NCBI GenBank assembly: GCA_023268675.1
Contig: JALQTV010000001.1
Span: 1 to 57,596 of the forward strand
Reading direction: 5' to 3'
From: Saprospiraceae bacterium
GTDB lineage: Bacteria; Bacteroidota; Bacteroidia; Chitinophagales; Saprospiraceae
DNA: 57,596 nucleotides
Shown: in pieces, positions 1 to 9,738 of the stretch
How the letters are laid out: every line of letters begins with the position of its first letter
Numbering within the stretch: the first letter of the stretch is position 1
The notes under the pieces: model-generated
Told to the model about the DNA's origin: nothing
The model's input: the letters and a program-made list of their open reading frames with translations, nothing else
Database searches by the model: none
Program-made: the position numbers and the translations under genes

Positions 1-79
1 TCATGTAATATTGGTGTTTTGAAAACTACAAATATGTCATTTAAAGATTATGTAAACTATAAACTAAAAAGAACCAATT

Positions 80-754
80 TTGAAATCGTTAAAGTTGCAG
101 CCATTGGAAGAAATTGGCAAAATGGTCAGGGATGCAGGTGCATTGTTTGTTGTGGATGCCGTAACTTCTTATTGTGGTACAGACCTTAAAGTTGATGAGT
201 GGGGAATAGATGCCATCTATTCAGGTTCTCAAAAGTGCCTGAGTGCGCCTCCGGGACTATCTCCTGTTTCTTTCAGCGAAAGGGCAGTAGCTGCACTGGA
301 CAATAGGAAGACCAAAGTCCAAAGTTGGTTTTTGGATCTGAGTCTGGTAAAAAACTATTGGGAAGGAGCCAAACGAGCCTATCACCACACGGCACCCGTT
401 TCAGCCATGTTTGCTTTGAGAGAAGCTTATCGACTGGTAATGGAAGAAGGCCTGGAGGCTCGTTTTGCTCGACATAACGAAAACCACGAGCTACTTAAGC
501 AAGGATTGGAAGGGATGGGCTTCGAGTTTATTGTTCCGGAAGGCTTTCGCTTGCCTATGCTCAATGCTGTAAAGGTTCCGGAAGGATTGGACGAGGCAGC
601 TTTGCGCACCAGGTTGCTACAGGATTACGACATAGAAGTGGGTGGCGGACTGGGTAAGTTTGCAGGAAAACTATGGCGGATAGGATTGATGGGTGAGAGC
701 AGCAACAAAAACCACATCAATATGTTGTTGGCTGCCTTGCAACAGTTGATATAA
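80..754 (+). pseudogene. 5'-truncated class V aminotransferase (serine-pyruvate / alanine-glyoxylate aminotransferase type), C-terminal ~224 aa only
   Basis: The core VVDAVTS...YSGSQKCLSAPPGLSPVSFS (PLP-lysine motif SGSQK) is present, but the lysine sits at residue ~52 instead of ~190-200. There is an in-frame TAA at 65-67 and only a TTG start. Bases 1-79 are AT-rich with no homologous N-terminal coding in any frame. Confidence 0.6.
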
Positions 755-770
755 TTTTATCGCAAGAAAT

Positions 771-1949
771 ATGAAAGGATCTTTCAGAATCGCCCGCTTT
801 TTTGGCATTCCGGTTGAATTGCATTGGACTTTCGGTTTGATATTCCTGTGGGTTTTTTATGTCGTGTATGACAAAACAGGGCGCTTTGATCCTTTGGTAT
901 TGTTTTGGCAGACACTTTTTGTGTTGTCTATTTTCTTGTGCGTCCTGTTACATGAATTTGGTCATGCACTAACAGCCAGAAAATACGGAGTGAAAACGTT
1001 GGACATTATCCTTTCGCCAATCGGAGGCGTTGCGAGATTGGATAGAATGCCCGAAAAGCCAATCCAGGAGTTTTGGGTAGCTATTGCCGGTCCCTTGGTA
1101 AATGGCGCAATCATTGTGATTTTATCGGCCTATGTTTTGCTGCTGGGCAATGTGCAAAGAAGCCAGTTTCTAGACCTCATATACCTGGTAGTAAATCCTC
1201 AAAGCAATACCTTTTTTACCGCAGATCTGAGCCAATTTGATTTTTATATTTTCGGACTGATAGGGTTGAATGCAGCCTTGGCTATTTTTAATCTGGTACC
1301 GGCATTTCCCCTGGATGGAGGAAGAATTTTCCGCGCTTTGCTATCCATGAGGCTTCCGCGCCTAAAAGCTACCCGCATAGCGTCTCTTACCGGGCAGGTA
1401 ATGGCAATCGCATTGGCAGTTTACGGGCTAGCTACAGGAAACCTGATTACAACCATGATAGGCGTATTCGTTTATTCTACTGCTGCGGCAGAGTTTAGGT
1501 TTGTGAAAATGGAAGAAACCCTCAACAATGCACGTGTAGCGGATTTGGTGCGAAAAGATTTTACTACCCTCATCAATACCTGGTCCACCAGGGAGATACT
1601 TGAGTTACTGCCCCACAGCCTGGAAAAGTATTTTTTGGTTTGGGATGAGCAAGAGGAAAAGTACACTGGGTGGGTGAGTGAGCAGATGATTTTACAAGCT
1701 ACAAAACAGGCAGAAGCGCCTTTTTTTCCTGCAATTGGTGAAATTCAACGTTCGAAACTTCCTGAAGTTCAATCCGAAGCACCCCTGAAAACAGCTTTTA
1801 ATTTAATGCGAGAGGAAGGGGCCTCCATAGTCCTGGTCAAAGAAGAGGAAGCAATAATCGGAGTACTGGATATGACGATGGTGGAGCATTTTATGGCCAT
1901 CAGCCGGGGGCTGAAAAAGGGGGCAGGGAAAACTAAAGCTGAAAGTTGA
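771..1949 (+). CDS. M50 family site-2 zinc metalloprotease with C-terminal CBS-pair-like region
   Basis: HEFGH zinc motif, second M50 motif NLVPAFPLDGGRI, several hydrophobic TM segments, and a CBS-like C-terminus (IVLVKEEEAIIGVLDM). Confidence 0.85.
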   Translation: MKGSFRIARFFGIPVELHWTFGLIFLWVFYVVYDKTGRFDPLVLFWQTLFVLSIFLCVLLHEFGHALTARKYGVKTLDIILSPIGGVARLDRMPEKPIQEFWVAIAGPLVNGAIIVILSAYVLLLGNVQRSQFLDLIYLVVNPQSNTFFTADLSQFDFYIFGLIGLNAALAIFNLVPAFPLDGGRIFRALLSMRLPRLKATRIASLTGQVMAIALAVYGLATGNLITTMIGVFVYSTAAAEFRFVKMEETLNNARVADLVRKDFTTLINTWSTREILELLPHSLEKYFLVWDEQEEKYTGWVSEQMILQATKQAEAPFFPAIGEIQRSKLPEVQSEAPLKTAFNLMREEGASIVLVKEEEAIIGVLDMTMVEHFMAISRGLKKGAGKTKAES

Positions 1950-1980
1950 TTACCCGGGCAATCTCTGACCGGGTAATCAA
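1946..1980. terminator. 12-bp hairpin between convergent genes (possible bidirectional terminator)
   Basis: TTGATTACCCGG (1946-1957) pairs with CCGGGTAATCAA (1969-1980) around an 11-nt loop. It overlaps the M50 stop codon. There is no clear U-tract. Confidence 0.35.
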
Positions 1981-1992
1981 TAATCCGGGAAA

Positions 1993-2517
1993 CTATTCTA
2001 TTCCCAGGTCTTTTTTAACTAAGTCTGTAATATCCTCTGATTCAGCTGCGAAAAGTATGCCATTGTACACAGCACTGGTATCAAAAACAGCGACAAAGCC
2101 ATTGGCTTTTGCGACCCTGGAAATAGCATCTTTTGCTTTTTCTACAATGGGTGCAATTAATTCAGCTCGTTTTTGGTTGACTTGTTGGAGAGATGTTTGT
2201 TCGTAAGCCATCAAGCTTTGTTGTTCCTGTTCCAACGCAGCCTGCTGCTTTTGTTGCTCAGCAGGAGCCATAGAACCAGAATTTGCTGCTTGATAGAATG
2301 CCTGGACTTTGGCCTGAAAGTCAGTAGCCATTTTTTCGCCTTTGGCAACAATTTGCTTTTGCAAAGCTTCCAACTGCGCATCTGCTGCTTTTGTTTCAGC
2401 CATCAGAGACACAATGTTACCCAGATTTACATGACCGTATCTGCCTTGGGCAGCAGCTCCGGACAAACCGGCAAAGTATGCAATCAGTGCAAATGCCGGA
2501 ATCAAAATTTTTTTCAT
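1993..2517 (-). CDS. OmpH/Skp family periplasmic chaperone
   Basis: Signal peptide MKKILIPAFALIAYFAGLSGAAAQ followed by a Q/A/K-rich coiled-coil typical of OmpH. Start moved to the internal ATG at 2517; the upstream 23 codons look non-coding. Confidence 0.8.
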   Translation of the reverse strand: MKKILIPAFALIAYFAGLSGAAAQGRYGHVNLGNIVSLMAETKAADAQLEALQKQIVAKGEKMATDFQAKVQAFYQAANSGSMAPAEQQKQQAALEQEQQSLMAYEQTSLQQVNQKRAELIAPIVEKAKDAISRVAKANGFVAVFDTSAVYNGILFAAESEDITDLVKKDLGIE

Positions 2518-2671
2518 AGTGGTAGTTAATTGTCTGTGAATGCACAAAGGTAAACCCAGAACCTTAACATTGCTAATTTTTCTCAAAGAAAGATAATTTT
2601 AAAAACAAAATGTTTTAATAAATTTTATTAAAAACTTTTTTGTAATTTTGGTATGTTCAAACATCAGTTCT

Positions 2672-3442
2672 ATGAAGCGTATGATCAATAATATAGCAGA
2701 GTGGTTCAGGGTACAATTTATCCTCCACTGGATTGAAGTAGCCGTAATTGTGACCTTTTATCTGATGGTTCATACAAATAACAACGGCGAAAATTGGTGG
2801 AAGTCTATATTGAGTACTCATGACAGAACCTCCATCTGGAGTCCCGTACTGAACACTTCTATTGCTGATCCTTTTGCAGATTACGATGAAGGTACCGCCG
2901 AGGACGGAGTGGGAAACTTTGGCAACACCTATTCCAACATGGTATTCACAAAGAAAGCTTTTGCCACAAAAGCCAACAGCAATGAGGTAATGGAAAAAAG
3001 GCAAAAACAAGAGGCATATATCAAGACCTATTGGCCAATTGCTGTCCGCGAAATGAAAAAATCAGGCATTCCTGCCAGCATCACCCTGGCTCAGGGTTTG
3101 CTGGAAAGTAACGCCGGAGAAAGCAGGCTGGCCATAAACAACAACAATCATTTTGGAATCAAATGCTTTTCCAGAACCTGCAAAAGAGGGCATTGCAGTA
3201 ATTTTGAAGATGATTCTCATAAGGATTTTTTCAGGATCTATGTTTCTGCAGAGGAATCTTACGAAGCTCACAGTCATTTTCTGAAAAAAGACAGGTACAA
3301 AGGCTTGTTTAAATACGGCACCAAAGACTACAAATCATGGGCTCATGGATTAAAGAAAGCAGGTTATGCCACGGATCCCTATTATGGACAAAAGTTAATC
3401 AACCTGATTGAGGATTTGGATTTGCATCAATTTGATAAATAG
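2672..3442 (+). CDS. Glucosaminidase-domain peptidoglycan hydrolase (mannosyl-glycoprotein endo-beta-N-acetylglucosaminidase family), membrane anchored
   Basis: ASITLAQGLLESNAGESRLAINNNNHFGIKC and GYATDPYYGQKL match the glucosaminidase (FlgJ C-terminal type) domain. N-terminal TM anchor present. First ATG at 2672; the ORF opens with TTG at 2648. Confidence 0.8.
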   Translation: MKRMINNIAEWFRVQFILHWIEVAVIVTFYLMVHTNNNGENWWKSILSTHDRTSIWSPVLNTSIADPFADYDEGTAEDGVGNFGNTYSNMVFTKKAFATKANSNEVMEKRQKQEAYIKTYWPIAVREMKKSGIPASITLAQGLLESNAGESRLAINNNNHFGIKCFSRTCKRGHCSNFEDDSHKDFFRIYVSAEESYEAHSHFLKKDRYKGLFKYGTKDYKSWAHGLKKAGYATDPYYGQKLINLIEDLDLHQFDK

Positions 3443-3485
3443 TTTCTAATGAATTAGTAAGCCCAAAATAGCAGCCTTTAAAGAT

Positions 3486-5081
3486 TTATTTGGCTATAAC
3501 CAAAGGAACTATCCCTCGCTTGTCTTTCGTCAAAACTACTATCCAGTATTGGCCATTGGGTAACTGCGGTATTTCAAGGCTTGTCTCTCCGCTTATTTGG
3601 GTATCTAATTGTTGTACCCCCCTGGTATCCCAAATCTGCACACGGGCTTCTTCCACAGGTACTTTGATGTATATTTGATCGCTTGCAGGGTTGGGGTATA
3701 CCTGAAAATTAAGCTTGATTTCACTTTGGGCAGAGGTACTAAACCCAACGGATGCCAAGAAAATATCTGAAAAAAATTTGGCTTCCAATGGAATGGCACC
3801 TGCTTGCATCCTGCCGGAAAAATTGCCCATTACCTTGATGTCATCTTCTGAGCATAAGACATCTTCTGGATATACTCCCTCATTTCCGTGTAGTTCCAAG
3901 ACCCACTGCAAACCGAATTCTTCTTTTTCAAAAGAGGCTACAAATCCGTGAAAATTTTCTGCAGGAGCAAATTGTACTGGCGGCAGGGACAAGGTATTTT
4001 GGAAATAACCACTGATGACCAAATCATTGCCTCGAAACTCCATATCTGATGCAAGTTGTGGCCCCGGTGCATTGAATGCGATTGCTTTCAAGGGTTTGCC
4101 GAGTCTGTCGTATTTCAGTAAAAAAAGGTCACTCTGACCGCTTGAACTTTGAATAGACTCTTGTGGACTGATGTTCATTACACCTATTAATTGACCGAAA
4201 GCATAGTGATTTCCTTCTTCATCAACCAATACCTTGACCACCTCTTCATCAAATACGCCTCCAGCTTTCACTGCCCAGTTTACCTCCCCATTGGCACTGT
4301 TCATCGATAAAAGAAATACATCCAGGTCTTTGGTGTTGGCAGTCATTCCGGAACCTCCAAAACTGGTTGCATCGTTAAAGACTCCCGCAATAAAAAGCTC
4401 ACCATTTTTTAGTGTCATTGCTGAGGCCCGGGTGTCACCGCTTTCTCCAAATTGTCTGAGCCATAGAAGATCCCCTTTTGGATCCATTTCTGCTACAAAC
4501 ATGTCCATATTGCCGGCTGAAATGAGCAAAGTATCCTGCCACCATAAACTATCCTGGAAAGTTCCTGCCACATAGATATTTTCTGTTTCTGAAAAGGCCA
4601 GGGCTGCTACATCCAAAATTCCGTTGCTTTTAACCTGAAAGTGCCACTGCAATTGGAGCCACTCATCAAAACTTGCCAGGTAAGTTGCTGAAGGTTGAGG
4701 TTCACTGAACAATTGAAAGGTGTCAATTTTGGTCTCAACGACGTACTGTCCTGCTACCAATAGCTTCCCATTTCCATCAGTAGCCATAGACAAAAGTTGA
4801 TCCTGGTAAGGACCACCTATTGCTATGGCTGATTGAGGGGCTTCATTTCTGAGACTAAGCAGAAAAATATCCCTTCCTCCGGATGCGTTTGGAATAGCTG
4901 CGAGCTCCGATATACTTTTATCATAGGTGCCGCCCAAAACCTCAAGACCAGGGTGCAATTTTACCATAAAAACTCCCTGTTCATTGCCCGTTCCTGTGAA
5001 TGTTCGGGCTTCGGACCAGGATTGCGCCATGCTTCTTGAGAGAAAAATCAAACTTATGGCCACCAATAATAGTTTCTTCAT
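3486..5081 (-). CDS. Secreted beta-propeller-like repeat protein with type A T9SS C-terminal sorting domain
   Basis: Signal peptide MKKLLLVAISLIFLSRSMAQ, repeated G..D.F(L/V) blocks, and a C-terminus FQVYPNPASDQIYIKV...GQYWIVVLT typical of the Por secretion tail. Confidence 0.8.
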   Translation of the reverse strand: MKKLLLVAISLIFLSRSMAQSWSEARTFTGTGNEQGVFMVKLHPGLEVLGGTYDKSISELAAIPNASGGRDIFLLSLRNEAPQSAIAIGGPYQDQLLSMATDGNGKLLVAGQYVVETKIDTFQLFSEPQPSATYLASFDEWLQLQWHFQVKSNGILDVAALAFSETENIYVAGTFQDSLWWQDTLLISAGNMDMFVAEMDPKGDLLWLRQFGESGDTRASAMTLKNGELFIAGVFNDATSFGGSGMTANTKDLDVFLLSMNSANGEVNWAVKAGGVFDEEVVKVLVDEEGNHYAFGQLIGVMNISPQESIQSSSGQSDLFLLKYDRLGKPLKAIAFNAPGPQLASDMEFRGNDLVISGYFQNTLSLPPVQFAPAENFHGFVASFEKEEFGLQWVLELHGNEGVYPEDVLCSEDDIKVMGNFSGRMQAGAIPLEAKFFSDIFLASVGFSTSAQSEIKLNFQVYPNPASDQIYIKVPVEEARVQIWDTRGVQQLDTQISGETSLEIPQLPNGQYWIVVLTKDKRGIVPLVIAK

Positions 5082-5276
5082 TATTTACCAGTTAAATTGT
5101 ACATTGTATTTACCTGAATCTTGTTTTGGTAGTATCTGGTCTGTAGATAATAATACCTTTTACCTGTAGCTTCTTCCTTATGATTTATAGTGTTTTTCCC
5201 TGAACAAGGGATTTTCGAACAAGTAAAACGGGGAATGGCAAATGGGTGCATTGGATGCTACTTAAAATTAAATTTA

Positions 5277-6311
5277 ATGACTTCTTACTTACAATACAGC
5301 TTTAAAAATCTTTGGTTGCTGGGTTTGGTACTTTTTGGGGCCTGTACTTCAAAAAATAACGAGCCTGCTGTTAATACCTCCGGCAATCCCGCCATAGATC
5401 AATTAAGTCTTGAAATTGTTCAAAATCCCTCCGATGCTTCTCTTTTTGCAGCACGTGGAGAGCAGTTTTACCTGGCAGAAAGTTTTGATGAAGCGATTGA
5501 GGATTTGCAGCAAGCCATCAGCCTGGCCCCTGAGGTTACAACTTATCGGCATTTACTGGCAGACATTTACCTGGATTATTTTAAGTCTCGCCAAGCCCTT
5601 GAGACGATGGAGGAAACCGTACAATTGTTTCCTGACAACAAATTATCCTACCTCAAACTTGCAGAATTTCAGTTGATTCTGAAATTGTATGAAGCATCGC
5701 TGGCTACTCTTGATCAGTTGGAAACCATTGATCCCCAATTGGCAGATCTTTTTTTCCTGCGTGGTCTAAACTATAAAGAAATGGAAGCTATGGATGCTGC
5801 AATTGAAAGCTTTAAAGAGACAGTTCGCCTGGATGCCTCCCTCGTAGATGCCTGGATCAATCTCGGGCAGTTGTTTGCTGCAAAAGGTAATAAAGTAGCA
5901 TTGGATTATTTTAACACCGCCATAGAAATTGCCCCTGGTTCGATGGAAGCGCTGCATGCCAAAGCATATTACTTGCAGGATATTAATGAATTGGTGGCTT
6001 CAGTGGAGATTTTTAGACAAATGGGAGCCATAGACCCTCAATATGATGAAGCTTTTTATAATGCTGGCTTAATTTTATTGGATATGGACTCTCTGCCTGA
6101 AGCTTATGGGCAGTTTGATATTGCCGTTCAGACCAGGCCTACTGATGCCCGATATTATTATTACAGAGGAGTAGCCTCAGAATTGATGGGACAGTTTGAG
6201 CGCGCTTTGAAAGATTACGAACAATGTTTGGTTTTCGACCCGGACTTTGAGTCCGCAACCGAAGGTGTAGAAAGGTTGAATAATATGTCTAATAAAAACC
6301 CCGAACAATGA
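5277..6311 (+). CDS. TPR-repeat lipoprotein
   Basis: Lipobox LVLFGAC after MTSYLQYSFKNLWLLG, followed by multiple TPR-like A..Y...G...A...F..A repeats. The stop overlaps the next start (ATGA). Confidence 0.75.
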   Translation: MTSYLQYSFKNLWLLGLVLFGACTSKNNEPAVNTSGNPAIDQLSLEIVQNPSDASLFAARGEQFYLAESFDEAIEDLQQAISLAPEVTTYRHLLADIYLDYFKSRQALETMEETVQLFPDNKLSYLKLAEFQLILKLYEASLATLDQLETIDPQLADLFFLRGLNYKEMEAMDAAIESFKETVRLDASLVDAWINLGQLFAAKGNKVALDYFNTAIEIAPGSMEALHAKAYYLQDINELVASVEIFRQMGAIDPQYDEAFYNAGLILLDMDSLPEAYGQFDIAVQTRPTDARYYYYRGVASELMGQFERALKDYEQCLVFDPDFESATEGVERLNNMSNKNPEQ

Positions 6312-7726
6312 AAGTGAAATTTTGTGGAGCTGCACGAGAAGTAACTGGTAGTGCTCACCTGTTACAATTGGACAATGGGTTCAATATTTTGTTGGATTGC
6401 GGTCTTTTTCAGGGTAATTCGAAAAAAATGGCAGATTTCAATGAAACCTGGCTATTTGATCCGGCAGATATTGACTGTGTGGTATTGTCTCATGCGCATA
6501 TTGATCATTCGGGAAGGTTGCCAAAATTGATTCGCGACGGTTTTAGTGGGGATATTCACAGTACCCACGCCACCCGCAGCCTTTGTGCGATTATGTTATT
6601 GGACAGTGCTAAAATCCAGGAGCGGGATGCAGAATACCACAACAAGCGCAAGGAGAAAAAACAAGGTGGGAAACCACTTAAAGCGTCTCAGGTTAGAATT
6701 CCACTTTATACGACGGCTGACATTGAGCCCACCATGGATAGTTTTGTGACTTACGGATACAACAAGTGGTTTCGCATCCATGAGTCCGTCGAGGTTTTGT
6801 TCAAAGATGCAGGCCACATTCTGGGAAGTGCTTCGGTCACCCTTCGAATTACAGAAAACGGACGAACGATCACCCTCGGGTTTACCGGCGATATTGGAAG
6901 GCCACAACGTCCTATCCTGAGAGATCCGCAAGCGATGCCTGCTGTAGATTATCTGATTTGTGAATCTACCTACGGAGATCAGGAACACGAAGAAGGTCCC
7001 TCAGAGAAGGACAGATTCTTATCCATTATACAGGAGACCTGCATAGATAAAAAGGGAAAACTTTTGATTCCGGCATTCAGTGTGGGCAGAACCCAGGAAA
7101 TAGTGTACATTCTGGATCAATTGGAGCATGAGGGCAGATTGCCCAAAATTCCTGTTTATGTGGATAGTCCCCTTGCTGTCAATGCGACCATGATTTTCGG
7201 TGCACATCCCGAATGTTTTGATAAAGATCTGAATGAATACTTGTTGGTCAATGATGACCCCTTTGGTTTTAATTCTCTTACCTATGTGCGGGAGGTGGAA
7301 TTGTCAAAAGCCATCAACACAACGGAGGATCCATGTATTATTATCAGTTCCTCCGGAATGATGAATGCAGGGAGGGTAAAGCATCACCTCGCCCACATGA
7401 TAGACGATTCACGCAATACCATTTTGATCGTGGGTTATTGTACTCCTGATACTCCCGGAGGAATTCTGCGGGAGGGTGGGGAGTTTCTGCGGATTTTTGG
7501 AGAATGGAAACCTGTGAAAGCCAGAATTGAAATCATGGATTCTTTTTCAGCACATGCTGACAGAATTGAATTACTGGATTTTATAAAGAACCAAAAAGAA
7601 TCAGCCGATACAGTTTTTCTGGTCCATGGTACCATAGACAGGCAAGAGCCTTTCAGAAAGACTTTATTGAATTATGGATTCAAGTCTGTCAACATTCCCG
7701 AACTGGGCCAGGAGGTGTACCTGTAG
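6308..7726 (+). CDS. MBL-fold beta-CASP family RNA-metabolising hydrolase
   Basis: VVLSHAHIDHSG (HxHxDH), later GHILGSA, ESTYG and SAHAD motifs, and ~470 aa length as in the beta-CASP/RNA-specificity-domain family. Confidence 0.85.
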   Translation: MKVKFCGAAREVTGSAHLLQLDNGFNILLDCGLFQGNSKKMADFNETWLFDPADIDCVVLSHAHIDHSGRLPKLIRDGFSGDIHSTHATRSLCAIMLLDSAKIQERDAEYHNKRKEKKQGGKPLKASQVRIPLYTTADIEPTMDSFVTYGYNKWFRIHESVEVLFKDAGHILGSASVTLRITENGRTITLGFTGDIGRPQRPILRDPQAMPAVDYLICESTYGDQEHEEGPSEKDRFLSIIQETCIDKKGKLLIPAFSVGRTQEIVYILDQLEHEGRLPKIPVYVDSPLAVNATMIFGAHPECFDKDLNEYLLVNDDPFGFNSLTYVREVELSKAINTTEDPCIIISSSGMMNAGRVKHHLAHMIDDSRNTILIVGYCTPDTPGGILREGGEFLRIFGEWKPVKARIEIMDSFSAHADRIELLDFIKNQKESADTVFLVHGTIDRQEPFRKTLLNYGFKSVNIPELGQEVYL

Positions 7727-7735
7727 CAGTCGCGA

Positions 7736-8467
7736 TTAAGGCTTGGGATTGCTGGTCTGAATCTTATTCAGAAGCTTTTGCGCATTGATAAGAAAATCAC
7801 CATGATGCTGCGTGTATTCATTATAAACCATCATCAATCTTGCTGCGTCATAGGCAGCTGATTTGGGTGTGATTTGCTTGGCAGCAATGGGGTGCAACCA
7901 ATATTCCAAATTATTGGAACGCAAGTAATTGCGGTCCATTTCGAAGTTGATTACTACCGACAGTTTGTTTAGAGAGAAAAGATAGTCTGTTTCTTTATTC
8001 AGGTCTTTTTGGATGTCAATAATATTGGCTCTGGAAAAGTTAGCTCCGGATTTTTCGCAGAGAAATACATCTCTTCGACCGTCGAATACGATGATATCTT
8101 TGAATTGGTACTTTTTCAGGGCTCTGCCCAAAAAGCCTTTGATGGGCATTTTGGTTGGTCTCAGGTTTTGGAAAGAATTTTGTAGCTCATCCTCATTGAG
8201 CCTGAAGTCTTCCTTGAAGGGCTTTCTGCGGCGGGTACGCAGATTGATGACTTCTTTTCCTCTGCCTACTGTGTGACCCAACTCGTTGATTTGGGGAAAA
8301 ACGTTGACTATATCTACATTGGCGTTGCTCACAAAACTTTCAAGGAAAATTTTGTTGGAACTATTTTCAAAAACGAGGAATGCTATTTCACTGATGGCAT
8401 AAAAATTGGGAAAACCTCCGTATATGTTGCCATATTTAAGTTCCAGGAATGCTGTATTGTTGTTCAC
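7736..8467 (-). CDS. Hypothetical protein, divergent DnaQ-like (DEDD) exonuclease fold with substituted catalytic residues
   Basis: Hand alignment to DEDDh motifs: FLELKYG, AISEIAFLV, IIVFDGRRDVFL, FSLNKLSVV, KSAAYDAARLMMVY. GTG start. Visibly AT-rich compared with neighbours. Confidence 0.45.
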   Translation of the reverse strand: MNNNTAFLELKYGNIYGGFPNFYAISEIAFLVFENSSNKIFLESFVSNANVDIVNVFPQINELGHTVGRGKEVINLRTRRRKPFKEDFRLNEDELQNSFQNLRPTKMPIKGFLGRALKKYQFKDIIVFDGRRDVFLCEKSGANFSRANIIDIQKDLNKETDYLFSLNKLSVVINFEMDRNYLRSNNLEYWLHPIAAKQITPKSAAYDAARLMMVYNEYTQHHGDFLINAQKLLNKIQTSNPKP

Positions 8468-8643
8468 GGTGTAGGGATATTTGTTGTGTTAATTTATGCA
8501 AGTGTGTTTCGTTTTCTGTTACATCCGCAAGTCGTCTTTGGGAGACTTTGTCGCAATTTATATATTTCTTTGGTTGAAATTGAATTTAATAATACAAATT
8601 TAATGCTAATCAATGGTTTTCGGCTATGATGAAACTCACTTGA

Positions 8644-9735
8644 TCAAATGAGGAACGAACCGTCTTCATAAATCAGCATGTCATCAGCATATATTTTACC
8701 CCCATTTTTCATATCAGTGATTAAATCCCAATGTACGCTTGATTTGTTTTGCCCTCCTGCTTGCAGATAGGCTTGCCCCAGAGCCATGTGAATCGTACCA
8801 CCAATTTTTTCGTCAAACAAGATATTACCGGTATAACGATTGATATTATAATTTGTTCCGATGGCAGCCTCTCCAAATCGGTTGGCTCCGGGAATAGATA
8901 GGATGTTTTCCAGATAGGCAGCTCCTTTTTTCGCTTCAAAGCGCTCCACTAACCCGTCTTTTACCCAAAGTTTGACTCCCTCGAATTCATTGCCCATATA
9001 AACGGAAGGAAAAGAAAAGGAAATGACGCCATTGACGCTATCCTCTACCGGTGCGGTGAATACTTCTCCTGAGGGCATATTGGATCTGCCGTCGGAATTG
9101 ATCCAGGTTCTTCCCCTGGTTGAAAAAGAAATGTCAGTATCCTCACAAACGTAGCGGATCAACGCTTTGTCTGCCAGGTAATCTACTATTTTTTGCTGCA
9201 TTGCGCGCAAATCAAGCCAGGCTTGTTGAGGGTCTTCTTCGTTGAGTTTACAGGCAGTATACACAAATTCCTGGTACTGCTCCAGAGACATTTTTGCCTG
9301 TTGGGCTGCAGCAAGGGTAGGATATTGGCAGAGGCTGCGCTTCAAACTGCCGTTAGCAGTTCGTTCAAAGTAAATGTCATTCAGCGGTTCAGCTGCCTTT
9401 TGCTGTCGTTTGATTTTGTCGGAGGACAAACCGGCATCTTCAAAAACATTGAAGGGGGCACGTATGTACAAGAAAGCATCTGCTTTTTGCATGAGTTCCA
9501 GGGAAACTGGAGACACCCAATCGAGCTGCTCCTCGCTGGCGTTTTCGACGAAAATCCTGTTCTTTTCCAGGAAAGAGAGTTGTACTTCTACATGAGCTCC
9601 TCGCTGGATTGCATAGCGGTATATTTCCCTGACCAGTGGTTCGGCAAGGGTGGTTGATTTGATATAAAGCAGTTCTCCTGGCTGTATATCCAGGCAATAA
9701 TCTACCAGACGGCGCGCATATTTTTGTAAGATCAT
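8644..9735 (-). CDS. M29 family aminopeptidase (AmpS/aminopeptidase T-like)
   Basis: ~363 aa with GEAAIGTNYNI, GGTIHMALG and VHWDLI blocks characteristic of thermophilic-metalloprotease M29 aminopeptidases. Confidence 0.8.
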   Translation of the reverse strand: MILQKYARRLVDYCLDIQPGELLYIKSTTLAEPLVREIYRYAIQRGAHVEVQLSFLEKNRIFVENASEEQLDWVSPVSLELMQKADAFLYIRAPFNVFEDAGLSSDKIKRQQKAAEPLNDIYFERTANGSLKRSLCQYPTLAAAQQAKMSLEQYQEFVYTACKLNEEDPQQAWLDLRAMQQKIVDYLADKALIRYVCEDTDISFSTRGRTWINSDGRSNMPSGEVFTAPVEDSVNGVISFSFPSVYMGNEFEGVKLWVKDGLVERFEAKKGAAYLENILSIPGANRFGEAAIGTNYNINRYTGNILFDEKIGGTIHMALGQAYLQAGGQNKSSVHWDLITDMKNGGKIYADDMLIYEDGSFLI

Positions 9736-9738
9736 AAG

